Part shown: positions 26,031 to 38,154 of the stretch, piece after piece
Position numbering within the stretch: position 1 is the first letter of the stretch
Layout: each line of letters starts with the position of its first letter
Source of the DNA: Camelus ferus
Taxonomy: Eukaryota
Assembly (NCBI RefSeq): GCF_009834535.1
Contig: NC_045696.1
Coordinates: forward strand, 23,996,001-24,060,000
DNA: 64,000 bases
Reading direction: 5' to 3'
Program-made: the position numbers and the translations under genes
The notes under the pieces: model-generated
Told to the model about the DNA's origin: nothing
Database searches by the model: none
Seen by the model: only the letters and a program-made list of their open reading frames with translations

Positions 26031-27246
26031 GGATTTGCAGACTGCTTTTAGGATTGGTTGGTTTAAAAATGACTTAATCTCAACACTTCATAAAGTTGAA
26101 CTGTTAAAGTCCCTTGAGACGGCATGTTCATTATGACACCCTGAAATGTCTGTAGGCTACACGTGGCTCCCTCTTTCACCGTTAGCACAGTTCACACTTA
26201 GGATAAACTTATCAAATGAGATAATAGATGAAGTCCAGAGAGCCATGTGAAGCCCTTCGTTAAATTTTGGTGTCCTCCTCTCACTACCACAGTGATTTAC
26301 GTTTCCTTTCTCCAGCTCTGTGGAAATGAACTGAAGCACAGAACTTCCTAAATATGACAAATGTTCAGAAGTTTGCATTACATTTTTGGCAGGGCCATTA
26401 ATGTCAGTGAGCTTCTCCAGAAACCTGTATTGATGTCATTTTAATATTTGAAATAGTTCATTTGGCAAATACAAACAGCCTCAGTAGGTTTGATTCTGTG
26501 GCCTTTTGCCTGGATAATGGATGTAGAACTAGGTCCTAACTGAATTTTCTTGTTCTTCTGCTCTAGATTCTTAAAATTCAGATAAGCACATCAGAAAAAC
26601 TGAAACCGCTCCAGATCCCTGCCAGAGTCGCTGTCGTCTTCAGGGACCAGGAATGCCTTGGGCTGCAAATTCCTTAGAAACCGCTTGTCACTTTCTCCTT
26701 TTCTCCAACTTGTCACTCATCACCCAGGAACCATATTCCTCTGCCAAACTCTGCCAACAGCTGGAGATGAACCTTTGCTCTGAGGCTTTAAACCCAGATG
26801 GTGCCTGGATTTATCTCCTCTTCTGCCTTTCCCTTCCTAGAACCTAGAATTTGTTTGCCCATTCTGTAAATGGCCTATTTACATCGTCGTGTATTTGAGG
26901 TCATGTGTGATATTTCATTTTTGCTTGTAATTGGTTGACTCTCCCCCACACTCTCTGGAATATACAGGACCATGGAGAAGTCTTCTTGTAATTTCTATTT
27001 CGACCATCATTTCACATCTAAGATGGTATCTACTGGTTGACACCCAGCATTCCTTTATAATCAACTTTTCTGTTTGGGGAAATATTTCAAGATTGAATGA
27101 ATATTTTTAGGAGGCTCATTGAACATTCATTCTTACCCGTGAAAAGAACATGCATTATCTCCTCTACTGTGTAAACCATTCTTTTACGATGATACCAGCT
27201 CTAGCTCCTTAATGGGAAAAAAATGGAGTTGTCACTTAAAATGATG

Positions 27247-27562
27247 TTACCCAAAGACTATGCTACTAAGTGAAGTAAGTCAGACAGAGGAAGACAGATA
27301 TCATATGATATCACTTGCATGTGGAATCTAAAAAGTGATGCAGACGAACTTATTTACAAAGCAGATATAGACTCACAGACAGAGAAAATAAACTTATGGT
27401 TACCAAAGGGGAAGGGGTCGGGGCATAAATTAGGATTTGGGATTAACAGGCACACACTACTATATATAAAATAGATAACAATAAGGATCTACTGTATAGC
27501 ACAGAGAACTGTATTCAATATCTTGCAATGATTTATAATGGAAAGGAATCTGAAAAAGAATA

Positions 27563-27612
<50 letters not shown>

Positions 27613-27691
27613 TCCACATAACTGAATCACTTTGCTGTACACCTGCAATGTAAATCAACTATACTTCAATTAAAAATCAAAATAAAATAAA
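27247..27691 (+). mobile_element. 5'-truncated L1 3' end (L1_Art-like) with internal (TG)n(TA)n and TSD
   Basis: CTAAGTGAAGTAAGTCAGACAGAG...TATCATATGATATCACTTGCATGTGGAATC...AACTGAATCACTTTGCTGTACACCTG...TCAACTATACTTCAATTAAAAA. TSD TAAAATGATG at 27237-27246 and 27692-27701. Confidence 0.92.
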
Positions 27692-28264
27692 TAAAATGAT
27701 GGCATTTAGAATATGTTCAGTTCTAAAACTGAAATATCCCACAGTGAGTTATGTTTCTGTTCCATAATAATTACTGCAGTATCTGACCAGAATGAGACCT
27801 CAGCATTGTGCGTACTCCCTAAAGCCACATTCTTTAGGGGGTCTTTGGAACCCAACACAAAATCACTTTCAATAAACCAACCTCTTCTTTGTATTGTATA
27901 TGAATATTAGCTGCTTATTGTATTTAATTTTCTGATGCTATGTTTCACTATCTGTATTTCCCCATGAATTATATTATTTAAGAGGAGAAACTACACCTTA
28001 CACATTTAAACATTTATAGATTTGAGTGTATACTGTGGCCTTCTAAGTGAATTATTGATTTGATGAATTTGGTTTGGTCTTAGTGATGTAACTTAATATA
28101 AAATGGAACAATTTTCCAAACTGAATTTTCAATATATCATGTAAATCCCCAAAATTGAATCTAATCAACACCTTAATTAATTTTAGGATTGCTATACGTA
28201 TTAATCAGTGGCCCATATATAAAATGGCACTGGGTACAAAAAGCACAGATTTTTCTATCTCAAT

Positions 28265-28447
28265 GAGTATTTATCAAAACGTTTCCTAGGAACAGCATCA
28301 TTTATGGGTGATTGTTAAAAATCAGTGCAGATTACTTGGCCCCATTCCAAATCTTCTGATCAGAATCCCTGGGGCTAGAAGCCAGGAATTTGCATTTTTA
28401 ATAAGCTCTCTGGTTGGTTCTTCAAGGTGCTAAAGTATGAAAGCCAC
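28265..28447. mobile_element. MER5-family hAT-Charlie MITE
   Basis: GCAGATTACTTGGCCCCATTCCAAATCTTCTGATCAGAATCCCTGGGG...CCAGGAATTTGCATTTTTAATAAGCTCTCTGG...TAAAGTATGAAAGCCAC. Confidence 0.8.
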
Positions 28448-28884
28448 ATATCTAAAATCTTACAGAAAAATAAGTTTAAAACTGTACTTTGGTGGTAGCA
28501 AGCTGTCAATTTGTTTTCCACACTGAATCTGCTACACTGAGGTCCTCCTCGAGGTGCGAGTCAGCACTTTTTTGTGCAGAGTAAGGCTCCCCCTATTTGC
28601 TAAAGTAAATAACAGCAAAATTAAGAATGAGCTATAAATTGTACTAAATGCTGATAACTGGAAATCTCCAAAATGGAATAAATTACTGACTATTGCACTT
28701 TAAATGGACATTAAGAGTGTTCCAAATTACCAAATGTTTTGCCATTTTGATAAATTGGTTTTAATTTTTTATCAGACTATATTTAAGTACTCTCCTATAG
28801 CATGTGCCAGAAAGTTCCATTAGGCATTCTCAATTGCATTTATTTTCTTTAATGTATAAACACTGTATAAACTAAAGCTAGTTT

Positions 28885-28955
28885 GGAGAGCCTGGTGCCC
28901 AACTCCATTGCACTGTTGGGAATAGTGCCCCCTGGGTTTGGGGCTGGGTTGACAC
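28885..28955. mobile_element. Possible MER91/MER96-like hAT remnant carrying a CTCF-like core
   Basis: GAATAGTGCCCCCTGGG resembles the GAATGGCGCCCCCTGG core of MER91/MER96. The match is short. Confidence 0.35.
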
Positions 28956-31317
28956 TATGAACTCTGGGAAAAAATATGGAAGGGGAAGGGGAGCACAAGT
29001 TAGAGCAAGTTATTATTCTTTGATTTGACTTGACAAACATTTACACATAAATACAAAGAGAAAAATAGAAATCGCACCTGGTCAAAAGGAAACAATTTGA
29101 TGAGGAATGAGAAGGGATTTGTTCCACTTTATGCTAAAAAGGTGGGGGTAGGAGGGGGGATATAATAAAGACACTCAAGTCCTCAGAGTCTAGGAGAGTA
29201 TAATTAACTCCTTGGCACCGGGAGATACACTCTCCCTGCATGTGGTTCATTGCCAGTAAAGGACATGCCTGGAACCTCTGGCCAAGAAGAATTACAGGCA
29301 TTTGCTGTTACTTTAAAATATTCATGTTTCAGCTACAACACTGCATATTTTCAATTGACAGATATAGAAAAAAAAATTCTTTATTTTCCCTCTCTTTCCT
29401 GGCATAAGAACTCTACGTAATTAACTCTTTTGTTTAACAAAACTGGTAGTTTTCATTACAACTCTGGATTTAGGGCACTTGGTATTTTGAAATCAACCTA
29501 CCATTAGAGATTTTTTTTTTTAATTTGGAGAATATATTTACCCACTTAGATCTGATTGATGCAGTTTCATGCACTTTGATTGAAAACCGAACACAATGAT
29601 GAAAACCATGGTGATGGTGGGTGAAATAGTCCATCCAAGTGTCTCCCCCTGAAACTGGAAGTCAAAAGTGAACAAAAACCAGCCATCAGAGGCTTCAGAA
29701 ACAGCCTGCTGGTGATTAGATCCTAAAAACAAGGAATGTGTTCTGGCTGCAAAATAAAGATGACAATATAGAAGTTATACACAGCTAAGCAAAAATCATC
29801 TTTAAATTTGCTCTTCTTTCATTTCTTTCCCTATTGAAAGGAGCTTCCTTCCTCTTTTGCATAAAGACTGGAATAGTTGCACAAGAACCAGATTTAGTAT
29901 ATCCCCTAAGACTCAGCATTAAGGAAGAAAAGGAAAAAGTTTGTAAATGGCTCGTGTGTTAGATCACTAGTGCATTGTTACTTATACTGGGCACTTTGAG
30001 TATCGATAATCAGAGAGCAAGGATCACTGCTTACTGCACAAAGTGTATATTTGAAGAATGGACCTGTGACTGACAATCCAATATTCTCCCTGGAGTCAGT
30101 ATATAAGAATAATAGTCCACTATTTTTTTAAATAAACTCTCCATCTTATTCTCTGAATTTATTTCCTTCACCCCACGCTTCAGGCCAATTACCTGGGACC
30201 TTTTATCTAAATGCCTCTACAAATACCTGCCTCTTCACCACCACAAAATCTCATCTTATAAAACAACCAACAACAGATATACAAGCATTTTCACTGTGGC
30301 TCAGAAGCCAGCACAGTGCCTCCCACATGGCGGGTGCTTGCTATATGCAAGTTAAACTGAAATTAAATATCACCTTTCTGCAGAAATCTGTCATATTAAA
30401 TGATTATAATTTCTGCAACCCACTTTACCCATAAAGCAGATTCTTTGTCAGGCTGGTTTATAATATTCTATTAGACCTTTAACAAAGCTCATGTTTATTG
30501 TGGATGGTTTTGTCACTAAACCATACTTAATAATGTGCTCCATAATGTAAAAACACTAGGCATGGTCATTCAGGAAGAGTTAACATTTGTTTTCTAAACT
30601 TACATGGTTATTATTTCCTTTCAATGAAGTACCACATGATTTAAATTCAAAATGTGGCATTGGTCACTGAGAGCAAACAACTCAATGATAATGATTGACT
30701 TGACGCTTTAATGGAACTTGACAGTTTTCAAGGCTTCAAGTGGATTATCTCTTTTGATGTTCACAATGACCACTTACATTGAATGCTAACATCATCTCTA
30801 TATAAAGGGGAAATCCAATATTCTAGTGGCCTAGACAGGTCACTGGACATTAATCTATCTGTGCAAACTAAGAGGGAAATTTACACTTTAAAAATTGTTC
30901 TCTGAATTTTTCTTTAACTAAATTGTGACACTCCATTCTTCACAAGAACTTTGTGCTTTTTTTCTTTTTTAAGGGAGCAGATTCCTACTCAAACATTCAA
31001 AACGGACGTGAATACTGCACTTCTTTCCTTCATCACTTATAAATAATTGGGCTGTATTAATTTTTGAATGCAGGCAGAATAATATGAAACACTGACTGAC
31101 AAGACTTGTAATAATGATTAGCCCAGGTTTTGTCCTGTGGAAGATTCACAAACACTGGAACCCAAAGACCTATTTTTAATAGGGAGTAGGGTATGAGTTC
31201 TGTGAAAAGTTTTTAATTTTAGATTTGCATTTATAAATGGCTACCTTTAAAAATCATTTTGCAGATTCTACATGTGTAACTCCTTGTTTGAAGGAAAAAT
31301 TTACAATTTAAAGCTTT

Positions 31318-31690
31318 TGTTTTAGTCAGCTCAGCTGCCATAACCAAACACCATAGACTGGGTGGCTTAAACAATAGAAATTTACTTTCTCACAGTTCTA
31401 GAAGCTAGAAGTCCAAGGTTAAGGTTTTGGCCCATGGGATTTCTGGTGGGAATTCTTCTTATTTGCAGATGGCCACCTTCTCCCTCCTTCCTCACATGGC
31501 CTTCTCTCATTTGCACGGGGAGAGAGAGTGCTCTCTGGTCTTTCCTTACAACTAACCCCACTGGATGAGGGCTCCACCTTTATGACCTCATTAAACTTAA
31601 ATTACTTCCTTAAGAGGTTTCATTGCCAAATACAAGCTGGAGCATCAATATATGAATTTAGGGGAGGACACAAATCTTCAGTCCATGATC
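31318..31690 (-). mobile_element. MaLR solo LTR (MLT1A0-like)
   Basis: TGTTTTAGTC...GCTGCCATAACCAAACACCATAGACTGGGTGGCTTAAACAATAGAAATTTA...GGGAGGACACAAATCTTCAGTCCATG. Approximate 5-bp TSD GCTTT/GCTTC. Confidence 0.9.
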
Positions 31691-31840
31691 GCTTCTTTTA
31701 TAGAACGTGATGTTAGAGTTTAAAGTCAGTGTTTCTCAAAATGGGGAGTCTCACACAATTTGTTCCTCTAATAAGCCTTGGTATATGATTTTAATTTGAT
31801 AAAAATTAGAATATTGCATTGACGTATTCAAGGTATAAAT

Positions 31841-32090
31841 TATAGCATGGTGGTTAAGAGTAGGGGTAATCAGAGTATTCCTATCGGGTTTTGAATCCTA
31901 GCTCTGTCCCTTTCCATATGTTATGGACAATTTACCTAATTATTTTGCCTCATTTTCCTCATCTATAAAATAGTAACAGAAATAATCCATATTAAGGTCA
32001 TTGCAGGGATTAAATGCAGTAATTCTTAAAAGAATTTAGCAAAGTGCCTTGGCATATCATAAGCACATAATACACATTATTAATAATATT
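31841..32090 (+). mobile_element. MIR SINE
   Basis: ATAGCATGGTGGTTAAGAGT...TTTGAATCCTAGCTCTG...GCCTCATTTTCCTCATCTATAAAAT...AGCAAAGTGCCTTGGCATAT. Confidence 0.88.
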
Positions 32091-32104
32091 TTTATCAAAA
32101 TGAT

Positions 32105-33420
32105 CCTAACATTTGTCCTAAAAGCACAGCATCAGATTTGCAGTACGCAGGTGTGGTCACTTCAAGTGGTCACATTTTTATTTTTACTTTTTCTTTAACG
32201 TATTTACTCTCCATTGATTCTCCACTGAAAATTATTCTCCATTAATTCCATCCAAAGGCAGGTTCTCTTAAATAATGACTCCTCTTGGTAGATGAAGATG
32301 TTTCTTATCCATATGAATATATTCTGCCCCATGATACTCTTTCAGTTTTGAAATCTGGTTTTTCAAACATATCTGTATCAAGGATGATTGGACATTTTAC
32401 CAAGAGCTTAAGGAATAACTTGAAAATTTCCCAGTCTATGACCAAGGAGCAGAAATAGGCTGCAACACATTGAAAACCCCACTGGTTTGGGCATCCTGTG
32501 AAGTAGCCTTACTATTTGGGGATCTTAGTGCAATGTTGCAGGCATCCAGTACCAACATCTAATACTGGCTACTTTAAAAGATTTCTGAGCATATCCTCCC
32601 AATTTAAAGACTGACAATGACTTTGAATAGTAGCCATACCGTAGTCTGAATGTTGTAAACCGTGCTTTGTTTAGCCTGCGGGGCATTCTTTGCAAATCGA
32701 GGGCATCCACCGCACAATTCTTTGACTCTTGTGTCTCCTTTGCCTAAACATGATCTACCTATCTACTCCTCTTCCTTAGAGTGTCCTTCCTCTTCTGTCT
32801 TCTAGCTGTCTCTACTCTACGGAGCACAGTGGGTCAGGTCTGATAGGGTAGCTTTGGTGTAGTTGTGTAAAAGAGTCCAGTGGGTGTACAGGGCCTCTTA
32901 TACTAATGTTTATGCAACGTTGAATTTCCTCTTCTCTCTATGATGCTGCTCTTGCCCAGGAGATAGGAAGATGCGTGATTTCTCTCTGGATACACTACAT
33001 ACCTAACAGTGATGATCATCCATTTTGCTAACACTTTCTTCGATTTTCATGTCAAAATCTTAGAGGAAATGTTGGCAACAATTTCTCCTGTGGCAAGGCT
33101 TCTCATCTACACTCAGTTCACTGCAGCCTGATACATAAACGTGCCATGCGGTATGCACCCCAGTGCTCCGTCAGCTGAAAGGATAGAAACTGGAGACCAT
33201 CGAGCATGGAGGGATATCTTAAGTGTAGCTAGTTGTTACTACTGGATTTCTGTGTTTGTTCAGTCTCGTCAGGTTACTCAGGAGTTATTGGTATTTAAAA
33301 CTGGAAGGATGTTCTGAATTTCCTTTAATTTTGTGGAAATTACCTGTTAGCTTTTCTGCAATCCGAGCAGACCAAGGATACCCATTATAAACCTTCTCTT
33401 GTATTTCTATTCATGAATCT
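32105..33420 (-). mobile_element. Decayed Ty3/Gypsy LTR-retrotransposon pol fragment (protease and reverse transcriptase), Mag/SURL-like motifs
   Basis: Manual minus-strand translation across frameshifts gives these motifs in canonical order: YVV..LLGK (33001-32951), RRVETARRQKRKDTL (32821-32777), PRRLNKA (32683-32663), DYGMATIQ (32646-32623), VLDVGTGCLQ (32565-32536), IALRSPNSKAT (32534-32502), EIF (32430), HMD/NIFIY (32315-32288; YxDD equivalent) and LLGQM (~32124-32110). Confidence 0.65.
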
Positions 33421-33514
33421 CCCTTCCATTATCCTATTCTTTCTGTTGGCCTCTCTCTTCTTGAGAGTTCCCCAGTCTTCCTAGCATCCTGCTCTCTGTA
33501 GACATTGCTAAAAG

Positions 33515-33630
33515 CCAGAGATCTGGGTTCCAGTTTCCCTCCCATCCTTTCTTGGCATATGATCTTGGTTAAATTATTCAGTATCATTAGAAATTGGTCT
33601 CATCCATAAATGGAGAATACTTTTATTTGC
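33515..33630 (+). mobile_element. MIR fragment
   Basis: AGAGATCTGGGTTCCAGT...TGATCTTGGTTAAATTATTCA...CTCATCCATAAATGGAGAATA. Confidence 0.6.
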
Positions 33631-33794
33631 CTGAAGACAGCACCAAATGAATTCTTGGTCTCTCTTCGCTCTGAAATATTTCAGTGATCTATTTCTACAG
33701 AGTGATTCTCGACTTTCGGGCATCCTTGCTCTAGGGGATTTATGTTTTTATTTGCATCATCTGCTTCTCCAAAGCATCTGGTGACCTCATCTTC

Positions 33795-34198
33795 AACAAA
33801 ATTTTGTTGAATACTTATATGCAAAGGTTAGGTGCCACTAAAGAGATGTGAGAAATTGTTTTTTTTCTCCAGAGGAGCCAACACTCTACTTGAAGGTAAA
33901 TTGTAAACCTTTTATGAAAGATAAATATCAGTACAAAGTAGCATGTGATTTATTCCAATTAGTGATATAGCAACAGATGCCCTAAGACTTCAGAGGGCCA
34001 AGTTGACAGTAGAAGCCTTCCAGAGGAGGTGGGATATGAGTTGGGCATATAAGGTATGGAATGGCCTGGAGACATAAAAACTGTGGGTGTGTGCCTGGCT
34101 GGGAAAACAGCTGAAACAAAGGTCAGAAGCAAAAGGGTAGGAGTCCTTTGCAGGTTTGGCTGGAGTGTCATGGGTATAGGAAAGCGATGGAGAAGCAC
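33795..34198 (-). mobile_element. L2 3' fragment
   Basis: TTCAACAAAATTTTGTTGAATACTTATATGC...GAAGCCTTCCAGAGGAGGTGGGATATGAGTTGGGC...GTTTGGCTGGAGTGTC. Confidence 0.7.
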
Positions 34199-34217
34199 TA
34201 TTTAATACGTTATGCTT

Positions 34218-34420
34218 GGGCTATCCAACCACTAGCTGAATATGGCTACATAAATTTAAATTTTAACTACTTATAATTAAATAAAATGTAAAATTTAGCC
34301 CCTAGATTATATTAGCCATATTTCAATTGCTCAATAGTAGCCTGTGACTGGTGGCTACCATATTGCACAGTGCAGATGGAGGATATCTCCATCACCCCAG
34401 AAAGTTCAGCAGAACAGTGA
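34218..34420. mobile_element. MER3-like hAT-Charlie MITE
   Basis: ATTAGCCATATTTCAATTGCTCAATAGTAGCCTGTGACTGGTGGCTACCATATTGCACAGTGCAGAT...TCCATCACCCCAGAAAGTTC. Confidence 0.8.
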
Positions 34421-34899
34421 CATCTCAGGCTTTAAAAATACTTATACTTTTATTTGAACACAGACAACTTTTCTTCCCTATAAACAGTGATGACTCTTCA
34501 CCTTGAGAAGAGCTCCCTCATTATGTCTGTAAGGCTGTGCTGAGGAACCTTCAAATTGCTCTTAAAGATCCCAGACCTATTTTTGGCAAAGGTTCTTTTT
34601 GAAGTATCTGCCTTATATTTATCCTGTCTTTGAAAATTCTCTTGGTTCTTATTCCCCAAAAAGAGTGGGTCAAGGATATGCTTACTTTACGGGATCTTCT
34701 GCACCCAAACTCCCATTGTTTTAGGGAATAAGAATGGACACCTGGCCCCTGTTCAATCACATAAACTTTCCAAGGGATTGGGCACTGGGACAATTAGACA
34801 TGTGACCATTGTTGGGGGTTCTGGATCTGGGACTGTACAGCACTTAAGCTAGTCCACCAATTCCTAATTTGTACAGGGATCAAAAGGAGGACAGTAAAT

Positions 34900-35381
34900 A
34901 GAAGCACTTCTTAACCTGAGTCCAGATAGCCCTGGTTCAGGGATAGAATTCAAGAAGCTGATTAACTTGGAAGGGAAAAAAATTACATTGATTTTTTTTT
35001 TTTGGCCTCTAACTACATTATGAATTTAGGCAAAGCTGCAGTGAGGCTATCAATACCCATGATTTTGTTTCCAGTAAAAATCACAAATATTTTTATATCA
35101 GAGCCCTCAAAAATGTATGCATAGTTTGGAATTATGATACACTACCAGATCTTCTAATTGACTATATTGTAAATAAGCACATAGATTAATATTCTGCAAA
35201 AATTTTAAGTAAAAAAAATCAAATTTAAAATGAATAGTTTATAATTATGCTTTATTATAGTTGGTTTCCTTTTTAATCTTATGTAATAAATTTTATACAT
35301 TGAAAGCTTTTCTGAGAAGGGTTCCATAGGTTTCTTCAAAGGACCAAGGGCACCCATAACACAAATGTGGCTAGTAACCTG
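34900..35381. mobile_element. MER113-like hAT-Charlie element
   Basis: TTCTTAACCTG...GATAGAATTCAAG...AACTTGGAAGGGAAAAAAATTACA...AAATCACAAATATTTTTATATCA...TCTGAGAAGGGTTCCATAGG. Confidence 0.8.
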
Positions 35382-37163
35382 TATTCACACAGAGAGGAAA
35401 GATGAGGTAGATGTTAAAAAGGAGCAGAGAGCCCCTACATGTCCGGAGAGAAGATCCTGATGAATTTCTATTTTCATTTTCAATATTGTCCCCATTTCGC
35501 TGTAGGGTGGCTAAATCCAACTTTCAGATGCTTTTACACCACCAGGGTCAGCTGACGTTATGATTTGCCCAGTCATTTCATTGTTGTCCAATGAGCATGT
35601 TTATTAAACAAGAGAGATCAATCTATTCAGGTAAAGCCAGGTACAGATTGGACTTTCAAGCCATTACAGCCCTTCCAGGACTAAAGAGTAAATCATCACT
35701 TCTTAAGTAACCCCAACTCTTTTTAGATCAGTTCCTTGGGCTATAAAAACAACTCCCTAGAGAAAATAAATGCACTGGAGTAGGCTGAGGGCCAAGATCC
35801 ATTATGTCTGCTGAAATACAGAGCTAATCCAAGCTTTCCTGAGTTTTTTTGTACCAAACAATCCTATAGATGTTGATTGAATTTTATAGACACATTTCCT
35901 TGTTTTATACACATCATTATCCTCTGTCCTCTTAAACAATTACCACTGACTATTCTTTTCAGACTAGTAGAGAATCTCACCTCCCTTTCCCACGATCAAA
36001 AATTGCTTGTGATGTTTTTCTATTCACTCATAAATATTCACTTACATTTTTACTTCTCATCTAAAATAACCCAGTCATCAGTTGCCCAATACCTAGACTG
36101 TAGACCAAAGGCATTTGAATTTACAAATGAGTCAGAGTTGACAACCTAGATCTCCAGACAAAAGCCATCTTTGAAAAATTAGGATGGGAGAAATGCAAAG
36201 GAGGTAGAAACAATTCAGATTTTTATTTTGACACATTTAAATATTTAATTCCACTTTCCTATATAAGTGCATACTTCCCAGTAAGGTGTGCACTGGCTTA
36301 AATTAGTCTGCCACATACCTTCTATTTGAGTTGGCACAGCAAGGTAGGCCTTGGACTGCCTGTACCTCCCATAGTAAGCACCTCGGCTCTCTTTTCTCTC
36401 TTCTTCCAGACAACTGAAAACATTGCAGAAGTCTCTCCTTATTCAGGATTCAGCTTAATTTCTATTGAGCCTGGAAAAGATGTGTTTAATCCCTGACAGT
36501 TTAGGCAAAGTGTAGAAATGCACACTTGATCATACTTTGTCACCAGCTACAGTATAATTCAGGTCCACAAGCTTGCCTTTTAAACAAGAGGATTTGCATC
36601 ATTTATGCCATGGTGTTAATAAATTTAATTTGTGAAATTCAAGACTCTAAAGACAGTGGATTGGTGAATAGATGAAGAAGATTTTGTAGGGGTTGGGGGT
36701 GGGATGTGGAGGAGGAAGAGAGTGGAATATAGAGGAGGGAGGAGAGGGAAGATAGTTAGCAATAGACCAAAGGCACTGACTGTCTGGGAGATGAGAGATA
36801 AGGCACAAGACGAGGTGGAGAAGAGAATGTGGATAGGCACACTTTGTTTAGTTTGCAAGTTTACTCAAGACTTTTTTGGCAGAGCATGTACACTGTTGCA
36901 AAAGAAGTGAATTACTAATTTGGGATATCGCCATCCTGTGCCAAGATAGTCCTGCTCTTCTCCTGGGAAAAGGATAGGAGGCAGCATGAATCCAGAATCC
37001 AAGTGTGAACTAATCATCACTAAATCTGAAGCACAGGGCATAGGTCTGAGCATAGTGTGGGTGCTCTGATATTGACTAAATGAAGACCAGACGCCAGTGT
37101 TACCTTTTCCCTCTTTGTTACTTTCAGTCTAGAACACAGGGTAATCAAGGAGATGATATATAT

Positions 37164-37388
37164 CAGGGGATATCAAACTCTGGTCCTTGAGCCAAATCCA
37201 GACTGCCATCTGTTTTTGTAAATAAAGTTTTGTTGAGACACTGCCATGCTCATTTGTTGTTTACATTTTGCCTGTGGCTTCTTTCACACTATAACTTGCA
37301 TACTGAGTAGTTGTGACAGACCATTTGGCCCCCTGAGGTGAAAACATTTACCATCTGGCCCTTGACCAAAAGAGTTTGCTGAAGGCTG
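37164..37388. mobile_element. MER58A-like hAT-Charlie MITE
   Basis: CAGGGGATATCAAACT...GCCAAATCCAGACTGCCATCTGTTTTTGTAAATAAAGTTTT...TGAGTAGTTGTGACAGA...TTTACCATCTGGCCCTT...GTTTGCTGA. Confidence 0.88.
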
Positions 37389-38154
37389 GTCTCTGTTAAG
37401 GGACTGGGGGTTTTCTTTGAGGTTAACAAAATTTGGGATTTGGAAGAACTTTGGGATGCTTTAGGGCAGTGTTCAGAACAGGAAGACAGCTCTAGTTCTC
37501 ACTAAGGGGTCTAGAAAAGGGAGACTGGGGAGACCTTATGTGTGTGTAGGGAGAATGGTGGAGGCACAGAAATTGAGATGTTAGGTTGTCAAAGCAAACC
37601 TCTTTCTGATTCTTCTTAATAACTGTGGTTGACAAGTTGTCCACAAAGTCTGGGCACTTTCACTCTCTGTAAGGATTAAGAGAAAAACAATACTAGAATA
37701 TACTAGAATACTAAAAAGAACTCTCCTTAGCTAATGTCTGGGTAATGGGTGCAGGTGAATGCTCTCTGATTTAATTAACCTGCCCTAAAAGAACTGAGCC
37801 CATGTTCCATCTTACTTTGTAATGCATAGACTTTACAATCAATAGGCTCTGATAGAAAAGTAGAAAAATGAAATTTTGTAGCCTTTGGTTTCCCAAATTC
37901 AGTGACGGATCCAGAAAGAAATCTTAGAAACTTCTTAATTTGCTCTGTTTTTTTCCTTTCCTTCTAAGTGCTGAAAATACTAAGCATGGTTATGTTTAGA
38001 AGTCATGCTGGTGTCAACCATTTAGGTACACTGCTTATCTGTTATGACATTAAAATCATGTAGCACAATTACAATTATTAATACCATTAAAGATGGAGCC
38101 ACTAACTTGCCAGTGATTTTATTTTCTATTTCTATGGACAAGCTCAGGCAATAC

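Noticed and set aside
32220..32510. MATR3/RBM20-like RRM processed pseudogene
   Set aside because: Only scattered peptide similarity, with no nucleotide-level resemblance as would be expected for a retrocopy of a highly conserved gene.
32536..32565. VLDVGTG as a SAM-methyltransferase motif I
   Set aside because: It is isolated between stop codons and fits the RT motif xLDxxSGYWQ in context.
32340..33360. Endogenous bornavirus-like nucleoprotein (KLTGNF..SEHP, LQFL, YAQ..MPATL and HP..FQN resemble Borna N motifs)
   Set aside because: Spacing is ~60 codons longer than in Borna N and two competing alignments exist for the C-terminal part. The Gypsy PR-RT reading explains more motifs in order. 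A profile search should still include Borna N as a control.
35528..35630. Possible + strand exon (TTTCAG ... CAG/GTAAAG)
   Set aside because: It has stop codons in all three frames and no partner exons were identified. A non-coding exon cannot be excluded.
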